Below are positions 63,360 through 64,000 of a stretch of DNA of 64,000 nt, one piece after another (the stretch's first letter is position 1; every line of letters starts with the position of its first letter). The stretch is taken from the NCBI GenBank assembly GCA_012026655.1, contig JAAILG010000889.1, positions 1-64,000 on the forward strand, read 5' to 3'. The translations under genes and the position numbers were made by a program. The DNA is from Hydrolagus affinis (taxonomy: Eukaryota). The notes under the pieces were generated by a model. The model had not been told where the DNA came from. It did no database searches and worked only from the letters and a program-made list of their open reading frames with translations.

Positions 63360-64000
63360 GTAAGATGAACAATGACGTTCAGCAGATGCAAGTTTGTTGG
63401 AAGTTGATTTTCAATTCATGCTGGGATTTGGAATCTATTAGACACTGATTTGTTTCAGAACCCACATCTCTGCAGCTTCTCAGCACCTCACCACTGTTTG
63501 GGGCTAGAACATTGTCAGATTTTTTTTCCCTTTTCCTGAGGTGAGGCTTCAATTGGTGGCCTGACTGTAAAACTCCACTGTGACGGACAGACTTGAGTTG
63601 CAGTTCCCGGGACTCCAAAACTCTAAACCTGCAATATTCAGTCTAAGAGGCAAGCAGTCTATTGCTTGGGCATCAGTAGCCTGTGTGCGTGGTTTTTAGT
63701 TGCAGAATACAGGATTTTAAGTTACAGAAATTATCTGGGGTGTAAAGTTTTCAATCCCTTCTTTATTTCCCATCCTCCTGTCACACTGTTTTACATTGTT
63801 GGGTGTGATGTAGTGTTCTCTGTGAACACTTAGCATCACCTCAATAATGTAACATTATCTTCATTCCTCTACACTCATCAAACACTGTTTATTTTGTTAA
63901 CGTGTGCTCCTCCAATGTTTCATTGGTATATTTTCTGCATCAAAAAGCGACAGGCCACCTCATAACATACATGGCTTGTGGTTCGTGGCATGTTTCAGTG

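Larger units (their letters stand above)
39..64000 (+). other. ANKHD1: ANKHD1 (MASK1) gene body, coding exons 1-29, 3'-truncated by the window end
   Basis: 29 exons join in phase with no stop codon. Diagnostic motifs match ANKHD1 rather than ANKRD17: AFEDEIDSV..LDFQLA..SGSEEDEVSE, GTSKQKSS..QPLECIVEETEGKL, HLCTVQFL, SRIMGRGGCNI, GGTESTR.AVQLINALIQDP. Confidence 0.96.

Noticed and set aside
1-64000. CRISPR array, operon or other prokaryotic-type system; intronic snoRNAs
   Set aside because: The sequence is a spliceosomal vertebrate gene. Repeats are dispersed retroposons, not regularly spaced. I saw no C/D or H/ACA structure with terminal stems that I could support by eye.

Overview
This is vertebrate genomic DNA, AT-rich and intron-dominated. 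It is occupied entirely by the 5' part of one + strand gene, ANKHD1 (MASK1, ankyrin repeat and KH domain containing 1). I reconstructed 29 coding exons by hand from ATG 39 to 63359. They splice in phase into a 6742-nt open frame (about 2247 codons) containing two ankyrin clusters, a coiled-coil/NLS region, the KH domain and the low-complexity C-terminal region. The remaining 3' exons and the stop codon lie beyond the window. Introns carry tRNA-headed Deu-like SINEs, L2 and CR1 LINE fragments, Penelope-like fragments and Tigger/hAT-type MITEs. These repeats suggest a cartilaginous fish, probably a chimaera (inference). I see no novel multi-gene system. The most noteworthy signals are at RNA level: a purine-rich 3' splice site with a perfect TACTAAC branchpoint, a GC-AG intron, an in-frame alternative acceptor at the KH exon, minimal hammerhead-like cores in Penelope-like repeats, foldback elements, and inverted repeats flanking in-frame exon blocks. 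Repeat coordinates are approximate. Comparisons with human proteins are from memory, not from a database search.
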